A stretch of 64,000 nucleotides of DNA from Neoechinorhynchus agilis (lineage: Eukaryota > Animalia > Acanthocephala). Both the position numbers and the translations under genes were made by a program. Positions 48,918-59,793 of this stretch are shown piece by piece; the stretch's first letter is position 1; every line of letters begins with the position of its first letter. The stretch lies in assembly GCA_051530055.1 (NCBI GenBank), contig CM121342.1, forward strand, positions 14,523,480 through 14,587,479, written 5' to 3'. The notes under the pieces were generated by a model, which did no database searches, had not been told where the DNA came from, and worked only from the letters and a program-made list of their open reading frames with translations.

Positions 48918-49913
48918 CTATTCCCAATTATTCCTAAGATGTAAAGAACCGGTGTTTCCATTTTGCGTCATAGCTGGACTGTTAGCATCCACTCTATCGG
49001 GCAAACTCTCGTTTACTTCACCGTCATCATCTTCGTCGATTGGACCGAGTTCTTCATTGATTGGGGCGCATTCATCGTCTCGAATAACTTTTAAAAGACT
49101 GACAAGCTTTTGTTTGATAATTGACAGTGCAGATTGTAGAATCTTTCTTGGTTCCAAAGCGCCGGTTGTCTCAACGTTGAAGAAAAAATGTCTTGGTTCA
49201 TCAACGTCTTGTCCATCAAGACCCAATTCCCGCTCAAGCCTGGCATTATCGCTCAGAGGAAACTGTTCATCGTCTTGGATATCCACATGTCCGAGTCTAT
49301 TGGACGGATCATACTCGAATCCAACAGCCGTCGTTGGACTGAATTTGGCATGTGAACGACCAACGCCTTTCATTGCGTACATCATCGCAGTGATGCCTTG
49401 GCCCGGTGCCAGTTTGGCTATTTGAACATGGTAAAGAGAAGATGCCCAAGCGTCGTTTGAAACGGACGTCATCGAGAGGGACCGACTGACCGCAGGAACC
49501 ACACGAGCATCCGTACTTACGATATCGGCCGTTGTGACATCCCGAAACATCTCATTCGTGGTTGCGTCGTTCTTCACGTCCAGCGTCAATCTAACCGAAC
49601 AAGTGGCACAATGAGATCCACATCCACAATCGTCTGTATATTTGAGATTATCAATCACCGAATCACATGTCAGAACGAGCAGTCCTAATCGGTGGGCGAG
49701 AAATTCGTCGCAGGTTACCGAGTCATTGCGATAGAACCGAACCCAATCAATGGCCAGTGTCGGCACTTCGCATATCATTACACGACGTAAAGCATTGGCC
49801 GTTGCGAGATTTGTGTCCAAAAGAACGAACCTAAGGTTCTCACTGGTCTCCTCAACGAGACGAACGTGCTTCTTAGGACTATGAACACTCACTTCCTCTA
49901 CATTGTCAGTCAT
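48918..49913 (-). CDS. POLR2C: RNA polymerase II subunit RPB3, intronless
   Basis: ANALRRVMICEVPTLAIDWV, DEFLAHRLGL, IAKLAPGQ, GVGRSHAKFSPT, FFFNVETTGALEP. Confidence 0.96.
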   Translation of the reverse strand: MTDNVEEVSVHSPKKHVRLVEETSENLRFVLLDTNLATANALRRVMICEVPTLAIDWVRFYRNDSVTCDEFLAHRLGLLVLTCDSVIDNLKYTDDCGCGSHCATCSVRLTLDVKNDATTNEMFRDVTTADIVSTDARVVPAVSRSLSMTSVSNDAWASSLYHVQIAKLAPGQGITAMMYAMKGVGRSHAKFSPTTAVGFEYDPSNRLGHVDIQDDEQFPLSDNARLERELGLDGQDVDEPRHFFFNVETTGALEPRKILQSALSIIKQKLVSLLKVIRDDECAPINEELGPIDEDDDGEVNESLPDRVDANSPAMTQNGNTGSLHLRNNWE

Positions 49914-50094
49914 GTCTTAAAGAAAGGCAAAAATAATGATTTATTGAAACGAGAGAGAGAACTATGAATACGTCACACACACTACTTTCATTGATGTTTT
50001 TGCAAACTTTCAGCGAAACAAATTATGGTGCGAAAGAATTCTTTTTAACTGAATTAGAATTTCAGTATCTATATGTGGCGATTAAAACTGGCAG

Positions 50095-50805
50095 AGTTTG
50101 TGCATTCCGTAGTTGTGCTGTGGTGGTAAAGTGGACTAATGTTTAGTTTGGGTTAGCGGGTTCGAATCAGTTATCGCAAATGATGCAAAACCAAAGGGGA
50201 CGAGATACCTCGTTGAAGGGAGGAAACTCAATGATGAAACCCGGAGGGATTCTTACAGACTGTAGCGATAAATCTACATTGCGTTACAGAAGTGGTAATC
50301 GATATTGCAGCTGTATTACGTAGGGGCTTAAAACCATACGTTCTTAGTCATTGGGCACAGAGCAGCGCTTTCCTAGACCGAAATCGGTGGGCTGCGTGCC
50401 CAAGGAAAATTATCAGCCGTGAAAAAGCAACACATCACGTCGTCGTTGACCGTCGTCCTCCGTATCCGTCATCCACTCCAAATTCCGAATCCGTTATCCA
50501 CCTCTCAGGATCCGTCATCCACTTCGAATTCAGGTGATCACGAGGACCCAGAGGTACATGATTCCTCTTTATCAAAATAAAACGTGTTATTGTCATAATA
50601 TACTGCTGAAGGGAGGAAACGTGCTGATGAGTCCCGCATCCCCGGTAGATATCTGAGTATCCGGAGGGATGTGCAAACTCATAAAGGGATTTTATGCGCT
50701 TCCCTGAACCAGATCGGCGGTCTGTGCGTCCAAAGAATAATTATCAGCCGCGAAAGAGACCACACATAGATAATGAAAAGTTACCTACTGGCAAGACCTC
50801 AAAAA
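50095..50805 (+). mobile_element. Two older copies of the tRNA-headed SINE (about 50095-50425 and a headless one at about 50598-50805), separated by a LINE 3' tail (about 50430-50590)
   Basis: cattccgtagttgtg...tggtaaagtgg...gggttcgaatc; gctgaagggaggaaac..gctgatgagtccc; tcggtgggctg.gt.cc.aa...tta.cagccg tails. aataaaacgtgttatt matches the LINE ends at 7288 and 52826. Confidence 0.75.
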
Positions 50806-50814
50806 TAAATTAGA

Positions 50815-51085
50815 ATTCTTGGATTATTATCTTCGGGGGAAAAGGGGCTACCTTTTTCTTAGTTTTGCTATTCCATCGGACTCAAAAATTTACGGATTTT
50901 TTCCGATGTTTCTACATTTTCCCAAGGTTTGTCATTGATTGTATGTTTTTTAAGTGATTTTGCGTTCACTTACGTACAATGGCAACCCTTGGAGAAATGT
51001 CAGAATTATCCGACATGAAATATCGGGAATTAACCAGTTAATTTTTGAATCCGGCGGGGCGGAAAAACTAAGTCTTCGACAATTA
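50815..51085. mobile_element. Foldback family 2 copy
   Basis: tcttggattattatcttcggggg terminus and inverted internal arms shared with 52912-53210. Confidence 0.75.
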
Positions 51086-51089
51086 CCAA

Positions 51090-52845
51090 GAAATTCATTA
51101 TATTATCATACCGGGACCTATTATGGATAACCCCCATCTTGAAACTCCTTCGAAAGCAAGCATCTAAGGCCCATCGAAATATCTCTCCAGACTTTCCCCG
51201 TTTACAAATAGCTCTAATTAGCAAAATACTTGTATCTCGCAAAAACTTTCTTTATAAAATTCGAACAGGTGGCAACGCCACCCGAATCCCTTCCTTAATT
51301 TATCCTCCACTGAATTAAAACAGGTTCTAGATTCCATTAATCAGAACCTCTGCCCTGGCACAATTTACAATAACTGCTCAACATCAGTCACCACACAATC
51401 TTTCACGCTCACACCCGAAACTTTTGTCAACTCGCCGATACTCCCCATAGTTTCAAAATATAAAGCACTAAAGTATCTCAAGATATTACCTAAAAATTCG
51501 TCCTCTCAATCCGAAATCCCAAACTGGGCTCTTCGCTGCATCATCCCCGAACTCATCAACCCCTTTGGCTACATTAAAAAACTCAGCTTTTTATATGGCA
51601 TCTTCCCCTCATGCCTCAAAACTGCTAAAGTTATACTTGTTCCAAAAAAGGCATCCTATTTCCGCGAATGATTCCGTCCAATTTCCATTCTATTCGCTCT
51701 TTTTAAAATCATCGAAAAATGTCTTTAATCTCGCCTGCTTTCACTTCTCAACGAAAAGTTATCGCCCCTACAATTTGGCTTCAACCGATGCCCTACTTTG
51801 TGTTTATGATACGCTCCTATGTAACCTCGACAATAATCCCTCCCACGTCACCCGTCTCATTCAACTTGATTTATCTAAAGCTTTCGACTCAGAGGAACAT
51901 TCACTTCTTCTCCGGGCCTGCTCCGATTTTGGTCTCAACTTGTGGCAGATCTGCTTGCTCGAATCTTATCTTCACAATCGCAAACAAAACATTCACTGCC
52001 GTTCTACCTCTTCTATCAGCCTATCCCTGACCAAAGGCGTACTACCTCAAGGTGATGTGCTGTCGCCACTTCTCTTTAATATTTTTCTAAACAACCTCAA
52101 CTCTCCTCTCACTCTAAACTCTTCTTATATGCCGACGATATCATCCGCATCACCCGTTCACCACCCCACCTCTCCCTCTCCGTAATGTTTAACGGAATCA
52201 CACACAAAAAGGATTTCTGCACCAATCACAAACCCCATCTCAATTTCTCTAAATGCTTCGAAATGCTTCGAAATGATTCCCTCTCTCCCGCAACCCCACA
52301 TCCCACCCCGAGATTCTAACTTACATCCTACGAGTCACCTCCCTAAGAATTCTGGGTCTTCAATTTCAAACTAATTTGAAATACGACTCGCAGATCATTC
52401 TCTCCCTCGAACGTAACACCTTTAAAATTTATCTAGTCAAACGCCTCCGACATCAAGGAATTTTTTCACTCCTCGCACCTCCCTATACCTACATTTCTTT
52501 TTTCCATGCTGCCCAATCTTCTCGGATATCATAACATGAAATGAACAGGAGGAAAGACCAACCTTACAAACGCTCCTGCAAGCAATAAACTCCAATTCCC
52601 ACTAGAACAGACCTTCCAACACGACCGGATATTTTTACCCGAACGGACATCTCTTGACTGGATAGTCCAAACCGAATGGACACCCCTCCGACCAGATATT
52701 ACCACCCGAACGGACATCCCTCGACTAGATATTCTCAACTTAACGGATACGCTTTTTTGAGCAACTCTGAACTCGGCTGCTTATGAAGATCCAAGGGTAC
52801 ATAGGTCCTATCCTGTATTTTTACCAATAAACGTGCTATTATTAT
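51090..52845 (+). mobile_element. 5'-truncated, decayed L2/CR1-like LINE (RT and 3'UTR)
   Basis: FPSCLKTAKVILVPK, IQLDLSKAFDS.EH, KGVLPQGDVLSPLLFNIFLNNL, YADD. Short ccgaacggacatc repeats in the 3'UTR. AATAAA at about 52826. Confidence 0.88.
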
Positions 52846-52911
52846 GCTCACTGCAATTCTAATTCGATTATCCGGGAGGATCTTCCCTGCCAATGAACAA
52901 CAACTAAATGT

Positions 52912-53210
52912 TTTTACTTTTTTGCTTAGTTTTGCCACATCCCAGATTCAAAAATTCACTTATTTATTTCCGATAGTTTATCTCTCGTATTTTTCCGACA
53001 TTTCCCAAGATTTGGCAATGTTAAAGTGCTTTATTCACACTGACGTTCAAGTGCGGATTGAGCACTTTAATAATGACAAACCTTGGGAAAATGTCGGAAA
53101 AGTAGGACGTAAAATATCGGAAATAAATTAGTGAATTTTTGAATTTGGTATGTGGCAAAACTAAGAAAAAGAAAGTCTCTTTTCCCCCGAAGATAATAAT
53201 CCAAGACAAA
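52912..53210. mobile_element. Foldback family 2 element (arms about 100 bp)
   Basis: cttagttttgccacat.cca.attcaaaaattcact.atttatttccgata...ccgacattt.ccaag is inverted against cttgggaaaatgtcgg...tatcggaaataaattagtgaatttttgaatttggtatgtggcaaaactaag. Confidence 0.85.
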
Positions 53211-53379
53211 TGTTTTTAGTAAGCATACGGAAATCGGTAAAGGATGTCCTCTAACAACTGAAATTGGCTTTCAATATCAAGTGATTGATAGCGTGACGAT
53301 AAAAACAAAGCGAAAATACAGATTTTGGGATTTTTATTGGGGCGAAAACGAAACATGGTCGCATTTTTGACGATAGAAT

Positions 53380-54426
53380 TTAGTGTCTTATGGCCGGGGA
53401 CTTTTCGAGATCAGGGAATCCATAGGTAACATCGCTTTCGATTCCACACTCATCTCTGCCTCGTTTGATCTTGAAGAATCCGTCTTCACCCCAATCGATG
53501 TTCCATGAATTTGCTACGATCCAGTACTTAATTCCATTCTCAACTCCCCATCCGACAATTTTGACCGCATGTCCACCACCGACGGATCCGGTTACATGAT
53601 GATAGATGCCTTCTTTATAATTCAGAAAGTCTTCATAGACAAGGAAGGCGGCTTCGACCGGTCCGCCCGTCAATATTGCTCGTTGAATATCCTGTTCCAT
53701 ACAAGCGGTCTGTGGGGAGGTTGAATTGGCGAAAAAGAAGTCATCAGCATAGCCTCGACTGTAATAAGGATTAGTGCAATCGGATTTGCATGTTGGAGTT
53801 GACACAATATTTCCACAAGGACTAAAAGGTCCAATTGTGTGATGTTCACATGGTTGTATACTATACGGTTGGCATCCCTGGTAGCTATTATAGTTTCCAC
53901 CGGACACGATACCGTGTTTTCCATAGTATTTCCACGCTTGATCCGGCAGACCACCATAACACCCGAACCCACAGGATGCACAACAAGCGATGAGATTCTC
54001 TGCGCTTAAATACGTCTGGACACTACCTTGGCTTGCAACGCATATTCGGTCGGACATGGCTTCGACCGCAGCCATCGCCCAACACGATCCGCAACTTCCT
54101 TGATCCCGAATTGAACGTATTGTTGCGCATTTTGGCCACGCTGTACGACTATCAAACGATTCTGGAACGGTTGATTCTTGAGTGAGATTAGCAGCTGCGG
54201 ACGCTAGGATTAGTTTAGCGCGTTGGAGTTGTTTGAATCGAATACGACTAGGATTCACTCCGAACATTCGTCGAATGTCTTCAGGGTGCCAATGATCGAA
54301 TTTGGACTTTGAAGCCTTCCAAAGAACACCTTCTTGACCATTGATCTTTTCTATTAGATGACTAATGTTTCGATCATGTCCTGTCGAGACCGCAAAAATA
54401 GCGAACAAAATCGTCGCACTCAACAT
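53380..54426 (-). CDS. CTSB: Cathepsin B cysteine protease, intronless
   Basis: Signal peptide; PESFDSRTAWPKC; IRDQGSCGSCWA (catalytic Cys); occluding loop CEHH; GGHAVKIVGWG; YWIVANSWN. Confidence 0.97.
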   Translation of the reverse strand: MLSATILFAIFAVSTGHDRNISHLIEKINGQEGVLWKASKSKFDHWHPEDIRRMFGVNPSRIRFKQLQRAKLILASAAANLTQESTVPESFDSRTAWPKCATIRSIRDQGSCGSCWAMAAVEAMSDRICVASQGSVQTYLSAENLIACCASCGFGCYGGLPDQAWKYYGKHGIVSGGNYNSYQGCQPYSIQPCEHHTIGPFSPCGNIVSTPTCKSDCTNPYYSRGYADDFFFANSTSPQTACMEQDIQRAILTGGPVEAAFLVYEDFLNYKEGIYHHVTGSVGGGHAVKIVGWGVENGIKYWIVANSWNIDWGEDGFFKIKRGRDECGIESDVTYGFPDLEKSPAIRH

Positions 54427-54826
54427 TCTAGAATGGGTGTGTGTGTGGTTTTTGCGATTTTTATACTAAGTCGACTATGTGGTGGAGAGGGAACGTTTTT
54501 TTTTGCTATGTAAACCTGAATCATTCTACGAGTCAAAATATCAAATGTCACAGATTATACGAGAAAAAAATATATGGAGTTGGCGGTACGCGAGCGACAG
54601 ATGCAGCAGCAGAATCCCGCGGTCAATGATTGCACGTCAATAAACATGAAAAAAAGGAGGAAACGCAGAAAAGTTGCTTTGATGTTAAGTTTCATCGTAC
54701 TTGAACGACTGATCAGTGTTCGTTTTTTTTAATCACAGAAATGGCATATTTTTTCCGCACTTAACATTGTATGTTCACTCAAATCAGATAAAAACCAATT
54801 TGTTTAATTTATACTTATCAAAAATA

Positions 54827-55956
54827 ATGGCAGTGTGGAACTATTGGAACCGTTCATGTCTGTCGATATGTGAGGTACCGGGGTATGCGATTGGAATTAT
54901 TGTTTAGAAGTCTACACCCTATAAAAGATTAAAGAAACTGATGATGAACAAGACGAGGTTCGAAACGTCTTTAAGAAATAATCATTTACCGCGGGTGAAG
55001 ACTTCTAAACAAAAATTCGGTTGAAAAATTAAAAGAACTTATTTGGTTCGATATTTCGGCACAATTAAACAACCTTGATCAAAAGGCGTACAAGATAGTG
55101 CCTCTAAAAAATATCGAACCGGATAAATTCTTTCAATTTTTCCTCCGTAAAAACTAGCATGAATAGTTAAATGTTCAAACATTTTGTTGTGGGGCCAAAT
55201 TGAAGTGATTTATTGAATTTCCTTTAAGAAAGGCCGATAAATCATTTCAACCTGTGGCCATAATATCGAACTCAACAAAAAGTTCATCTCGCGGCGACCA
55301 CAAGAATAATCAACCTGCGAAAAGTATTTTTTAACCTATGCATAGTGGTTGTTTTATATGGCGAAGAAATGAAAATGATTGTATTTTAAAATTCGATTGA
55401 TTTCGGAGCCAAAATCCTGTACGCATTTTGATCAAGGTGATTGTGGCTCCGAAACTAATCGGATTTTAAAGTCGAATCATTTTAATTTCTTCACCACATG
55501 AAACAACCACTTTTTCTAAAAACCACAAACGAACTCGAGAAAATATGACTATGCGTCAAAAATTTTATTAAAAAATGTCAAATAATACGTCATCTAATAC
55601 ACGAAAGAAATCTACTACTTAGAAGGTCTCTACGTCACTGATCTGTCCTCTATCATTGAATGGCATTAGTTCCGCAAGTGGCGCTGCAACGCGATTCTGC
55701 GTGGAAAATTCCCGAGCAGCAATATGGGCTGGATTATCAGGTGAAACGAACACAAAAACAAAGACGTCATCGTTTTGTTTAGGTCTGGTTGCCTTAACCA
55801 TCTTAATAATGAGCATTCTAGAATATTGGGATTACTATCGGAAGCGTTCACTTGAATCCCTCAGCTTGCTTAGTTATGTGGGCCTCGCTTGTGCAACCGT
55901 TGGTCTCTGTGCTACGTCGAGCTACGTCACTTATTGGACAACTTGTGAAAGACAAC
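54827..55956 (+). CDS. SLC48A1: Probable heme transporter HRG1/SLC48A1: tentative exon 1 at 54827-54874, exons 55623-55740 and 55783-55956; last exon(s) not resolved (candidate near 57660-57770)
   Basis: After removing a 42-bp GT-AG intron the product reads GISSASG...AAIWAGLSGLVALTILIMSILEYWDYYRKRSLESLSLLSYVGL, aligning with HRG1 GISSVAG...[40 protein letters not shown] (recalled from memory). Donor gtaagt at 55957. Confidence 0.62.
54900..55012. mobile_element. 113-bp miniature element with 19-bp terminal inverted repeats enclosing a hammerhead ribozyme
   Basis: ttgtttagaagtctacacc (54900-54918) versus ggtgaagacttctaaacaa (54994-55012), one mismatch. Confidence 0.8.
54935..54975 (+). ncRNA. 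Penelope-type minimal type I hammerhead ribozyme
   Basis: AAA CUGAUGA U GAAC-aagacgag-GUUC GAAA CG UC/UUU. Intact core, 4-bp stem II, palindromic ACGU stem III, predicted cleavage after C54969, short (3-bp) stem I. Confidence 0.75.
55020..55511. mobile_element. Two foldback family 1 copies (about 55020-55160 and 55344-55511) in the presumed HRG1 intron 1
   Basis: ttaaacaaccttgatcaaaaggcgtacaaga matches 23650-23680. agtggttgttttatatggcgaagaaat is inverted against atttcttcaccacatgaaacaaccact. Confidence 0.75.
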
Positions 55957-56249
55957 GTAAGTCGAACTTTTCGTTTCATTTTCTTTGGATTATGAACATT
56001 TTGTAAAGAAGTTGTTCATTCATTTGTGTTCTTTGGTGATAATCGAAAATAGAGATTTATTAATTCAGAAATATTTTGTCCGTCCCTCGTCGGACTTCTT
56101 AAGGTTGTTAAAGGGTTTTATTCGCATCTTTCGTCTAAACGGACGAAATATTTTTGAATTAATAAATCAATCTCTATTTTTGATTATCACCAAAGAACAC
56201 ATACATTAACATTTTGTAGAATTGGAGTTTAGTGATAAAATTGAGATTA

Positions 56250-56580
56250 ATTATTGGATTATTATCTTCGGGGGAGGGGAGAATAGATACTTAGTAATTC
56301 CGAGTACAAACCTTGAGGAAATGTCGGAATTATCCGACCGATGTGAAATATCGGGGAAATAAATATTCTCTTTCGCAATATTTATACTATCTCGTCGAAA
56401 CACCAAACAAAAAATATCCATGAACAACTTGTTTACACCAGAATCGGAGTTGCGGTGATCCCCACCCGGATAAAACATATTTTGCCGATATATTTAGAAG
56501 TCTTCATTCAGTAAATAATTTTTTTATTAAAGACGTTCTGCGAACCTTGTGAGAGGTTCATAATCAATTTGTAAACCGAT
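56250..56580. mobile_element. Partial foldback family 2 copy (56250-56385) and a family 3 end with a decayed minus-strand hammerhead (56503-56580)
   Basis: ttggattattatcttcggggg terminus. tttagaagtcttca...ttattaaagacgttctgcgaaccttgtgagaggttcataatcaa has a reverse complement retaining GAACC/GGUUC stem II and ...AACGUC. Confidence 0.65.
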
Positions 56581-56689
56581 GAGTAGAACAAAGTTAAAAA
56601 ATCGACTGTCAATCGACGTAATAACACACACAGGGATTGTTTGTCGCTAATTTATTGCATTTTTTTTAACTTTTCGAGGTTTTACAATA

Positions 56690-56935
56690 ATAAAGCGCAA
56701 AATGTGCAATCACTACCGTCCGCAAAATCTTAGCTTCTCTCCTTCCTCGGATGTCGCTATCACGCTAGCGGCATTGTCTCGTTGTATTGCAAGCGAGATA
56801 TTTTGTCGCAGGAATACACTTGCTCGTGCGTCGCCGGTCGTTTCTCTCAATTTCTTCGAGAGATCCTGGAGTAGAGTGAGTGGCGAGCTGCCAAGCGCTT
56901 CATACATCTCTACTCCGAAGGGGACAAAATAGAGG
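56690..56935 (-). mobile_element. 3' end fragment of the CRE-clade LINE
   Basis: YFVPFGVEMYEALGSS...LSKKLRETTGDARASVFLRQNISLAIQR. Its 3'UTR gattgcacattttgcgctttatta is shared with 46310-46335. Confidence 0.88.
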
Positions 56936-58191
56936 ACCAATTGTTCTTTCAAGTGGATGTGTATTCTCAGTGGCGAATTGTGACACACTCGAGTTTTGTT
57001 AAAGTCAACCTTGCGAATTTTCAAAGCCTCAGCCTCCTTCTCAAGCACGCAATGAAGATTTAAATAATAAAGCTTGAGTGTGTAACAATTCGCCATTATT
57101 TTTTATTTTTATTTATTTAAGGAGCTTACAAGTCTGTCACATACACATCGTTATGTTCTTCATATTGAGTTGATTGGTCTTTCTTTTCGATATCTTATTC
57201 ATTTGGAAGCCTTTCGGCTTAACTTACACACATCTGAGGCGCTCAGCCACACTCGAAGGGACAGGGCCAACCCACTTTTTTATGGCATACGGGCGATCTC
57301 AAAACCTGACCCCGCCTCTTCCAGCAGCCTCGCACCCCAGTGGAACCCAGCGACCGGTGGCGTTGAACCTTCGACATAACAAGCGCAACGCGTTCAACCA
57401 AAATTTTTTGGGGTGAAACAACCTAGTCGGGTTTGACATGGAAATGTCTTTAATAAAAAATTATGTATCTTTGTTACTTGACACTGGGTCCTCATAAACA
57501 CGCTGTTGTTGAATTTTGCAAGTAATTTTAAGATCACCACAACTCCATCAAAAAAGGCGTTTTATAAAATAGCTTCACCGATTTCTCTTTAAGGCTTTAT
57601 AAAACTAGGAAAAAGATCAAGCATCTACTGTATAACTGGATCTCTATCATTTGTTCAGCATGGTCTTCTGCTATCCTATTATTCAAACACCTTTCTCTCA
57701 CTAAACAATTTGGAAAGAGAAGTGAATCGCATTATGCAAGAACCTCTCGCTAAGCAATTTTCAAAAAGATGCTAGAGTATTGTAGACTTATATAACCGGG
57801 TTATTGTATTTAATTTCCAAAAATTAAATTCAGATTATGATGGCTTTTGGGTAACCCAGCCCCGAGGAAACTCGGTACCGGTGCCAAGCCCGGATAAATG
57901 GGAGGGTTAGTGTCAGGAAGGGCATCCAACTAAAACCAAAAATTAGCAGTCTAACAAGCACGTAAATAAGGAAACGGGAAGGAGGAGTGTGGGAAGTCTT
58001 AGGATTGCAAGCCTTTGTGGGGCCCCGAGAAGGGAAAAGCATGAAGAAAGTTGTTGATGGGTTTTCGGCAACTGTTTAAGAAATTACTTTTGGTCACTTC
58101 ATCTTTTAACATTCTTCTTTTATTTTGCCCTCACAATACAGCACATGGAAAACAAGTCGCCCAAACTCATTCTCTCTCTCGGTCTCTATAT

Positions 58192-59793
58192 CTAACGCCA
58201 ATGTGATTCCATTCCAGTCGTGGGTGGTGGCAGAGGGAAAACCCGCTTGGCAACCTTTGCGCTCCCTGGAACGGGTGGAAAGGAGTTAGGCGGATGTGGG
58301 AGACGTTGTCGAAATTGTTGATTAGGCCAATGGGGCATCGGTGGCATTCGATACGGTGCGCCGCCGGGAGGTCGTGGAAGAACCTGCCACCGATAAGATT
58401 GCCTTTTTCGCTTTCGATCGGACAATGGATTCGCAAAACATAGCTCGAGCTTCTGATTCCTTACTTCAATAGTGTCCTTTAACTCCGACAAAGCCTGTTC
58501 CGCCACTTCGCGACTATCAAAGTGAACAAATGCATGCGTTTCGAACAACTTCACGTTTTCAATAGCTTCGTCAAACTTTGAAAAACAAGAGCGAATCTCT
58601 TGTTCGTCAATACCGACCGGTAGTTTAGTTAAATACAAACTTTTCACTTTTGATGCTGCATCGGGATCGGCTTCACGTTCCGCCCAATTAGCCGTCAAAG
58701 TACGCTTAAAGAACTTGTTACGAGCACACGGGATTTCTGATTCCGAACGAAAGGAGAATTAATGTTTCTTTATAAAAGGATTTAGGTTAAATCCGAGCTT
58801 CTGAACGCCATAAAAAATAAGGGAGAATAAAAATGGGGGAAAAGGGCACAGGACCAGGGGTCGGAAACCACCGAGTGCTCTACGCTCGTCACAGATTATC
58901 CTGCGAGCTACGACAGCGTCATGTTGAGAAGCGAAATGTACAAAGCAGTACCCTCGATTCTGCGCTGTTGCGCAATGATTCACGTCGATCTTCACGACTC
59001 CTTCGAGTTGCCTACAGAACTCTTCTTTGATTTCATCAGCATTTTTAGACCGAGGAATTCCAGCCACATAAAGCGTTAGTTGAGTATTGCTTTCATTCAC
59101 AGAAATCCCGCCGTGTCCAGGCTCTAGTTCATAACCATCCAATTGCTCAATCGCTTTCTGAGCGTCTTCTCGATTGCAATAGGTAAGGAAACAAAATCCA
59201 CGACCAAGACCATCTTGTGAGTCCAACAGAAATCGCAACTCATATATTTTACCAATCTGCTCAAATACTTCAATCAGTTTGTCCTCAGTAACCGATTTTG
59301 GAATTCTCCCAATGTAAATACTGGAATTCGCCGGAGGCGGTTCAGTGGTCGCAGGGCCATATCGCCTTTGAGACCTGGACACCGTGTACGCGTACTGAGT
59401 TCGTTCAATGATGGCATTCATTGCCGGAGGAACTTGATCTTTTGATTGCTTAAAATCTCTAGAGTCGTATCGTTGTTTGTGTTTTTCCAACATATTGCTC
59501 AGAAGAGCGGCTCGATTTGGGGTACCGTGAGGGTCATATCGAATGGTGAATTCGTCCAGAGCCCCTAATTGACCCGCAAGTGTCAGATTAAATAACGAAA
59601 CCAAATTGGCAGCATCTAAATCTTCCATTGAGATATTTCCGTTGAGAAGCATTTCGCTCAATCTGTCAATGAGTGGTGCCGTTGTGTCGTCACAATTAAG
59701 AAGATCCATTATGTTGTTCAAAAGAGCCACGACCGATGGTTCAACTGAAGATATTGAACACTCATCTTGACAATGATGAGGGGGCTCTTGCAT
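58192..59793 (-). CDS. hnRNP R/Q (SYNCRIP)-like three-RRM RNA-binding protein, two exons (intron about 58737-58875)
   Basis: IIERTQYAYTVSRSQRRYGP; IYIGRIPK...IYELR...RGFCFLTY; NRGYCFVHF...ARR; NWAE...KVKSLY...HAFVHF; Pro-rich tail. Confidence 0.88.
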
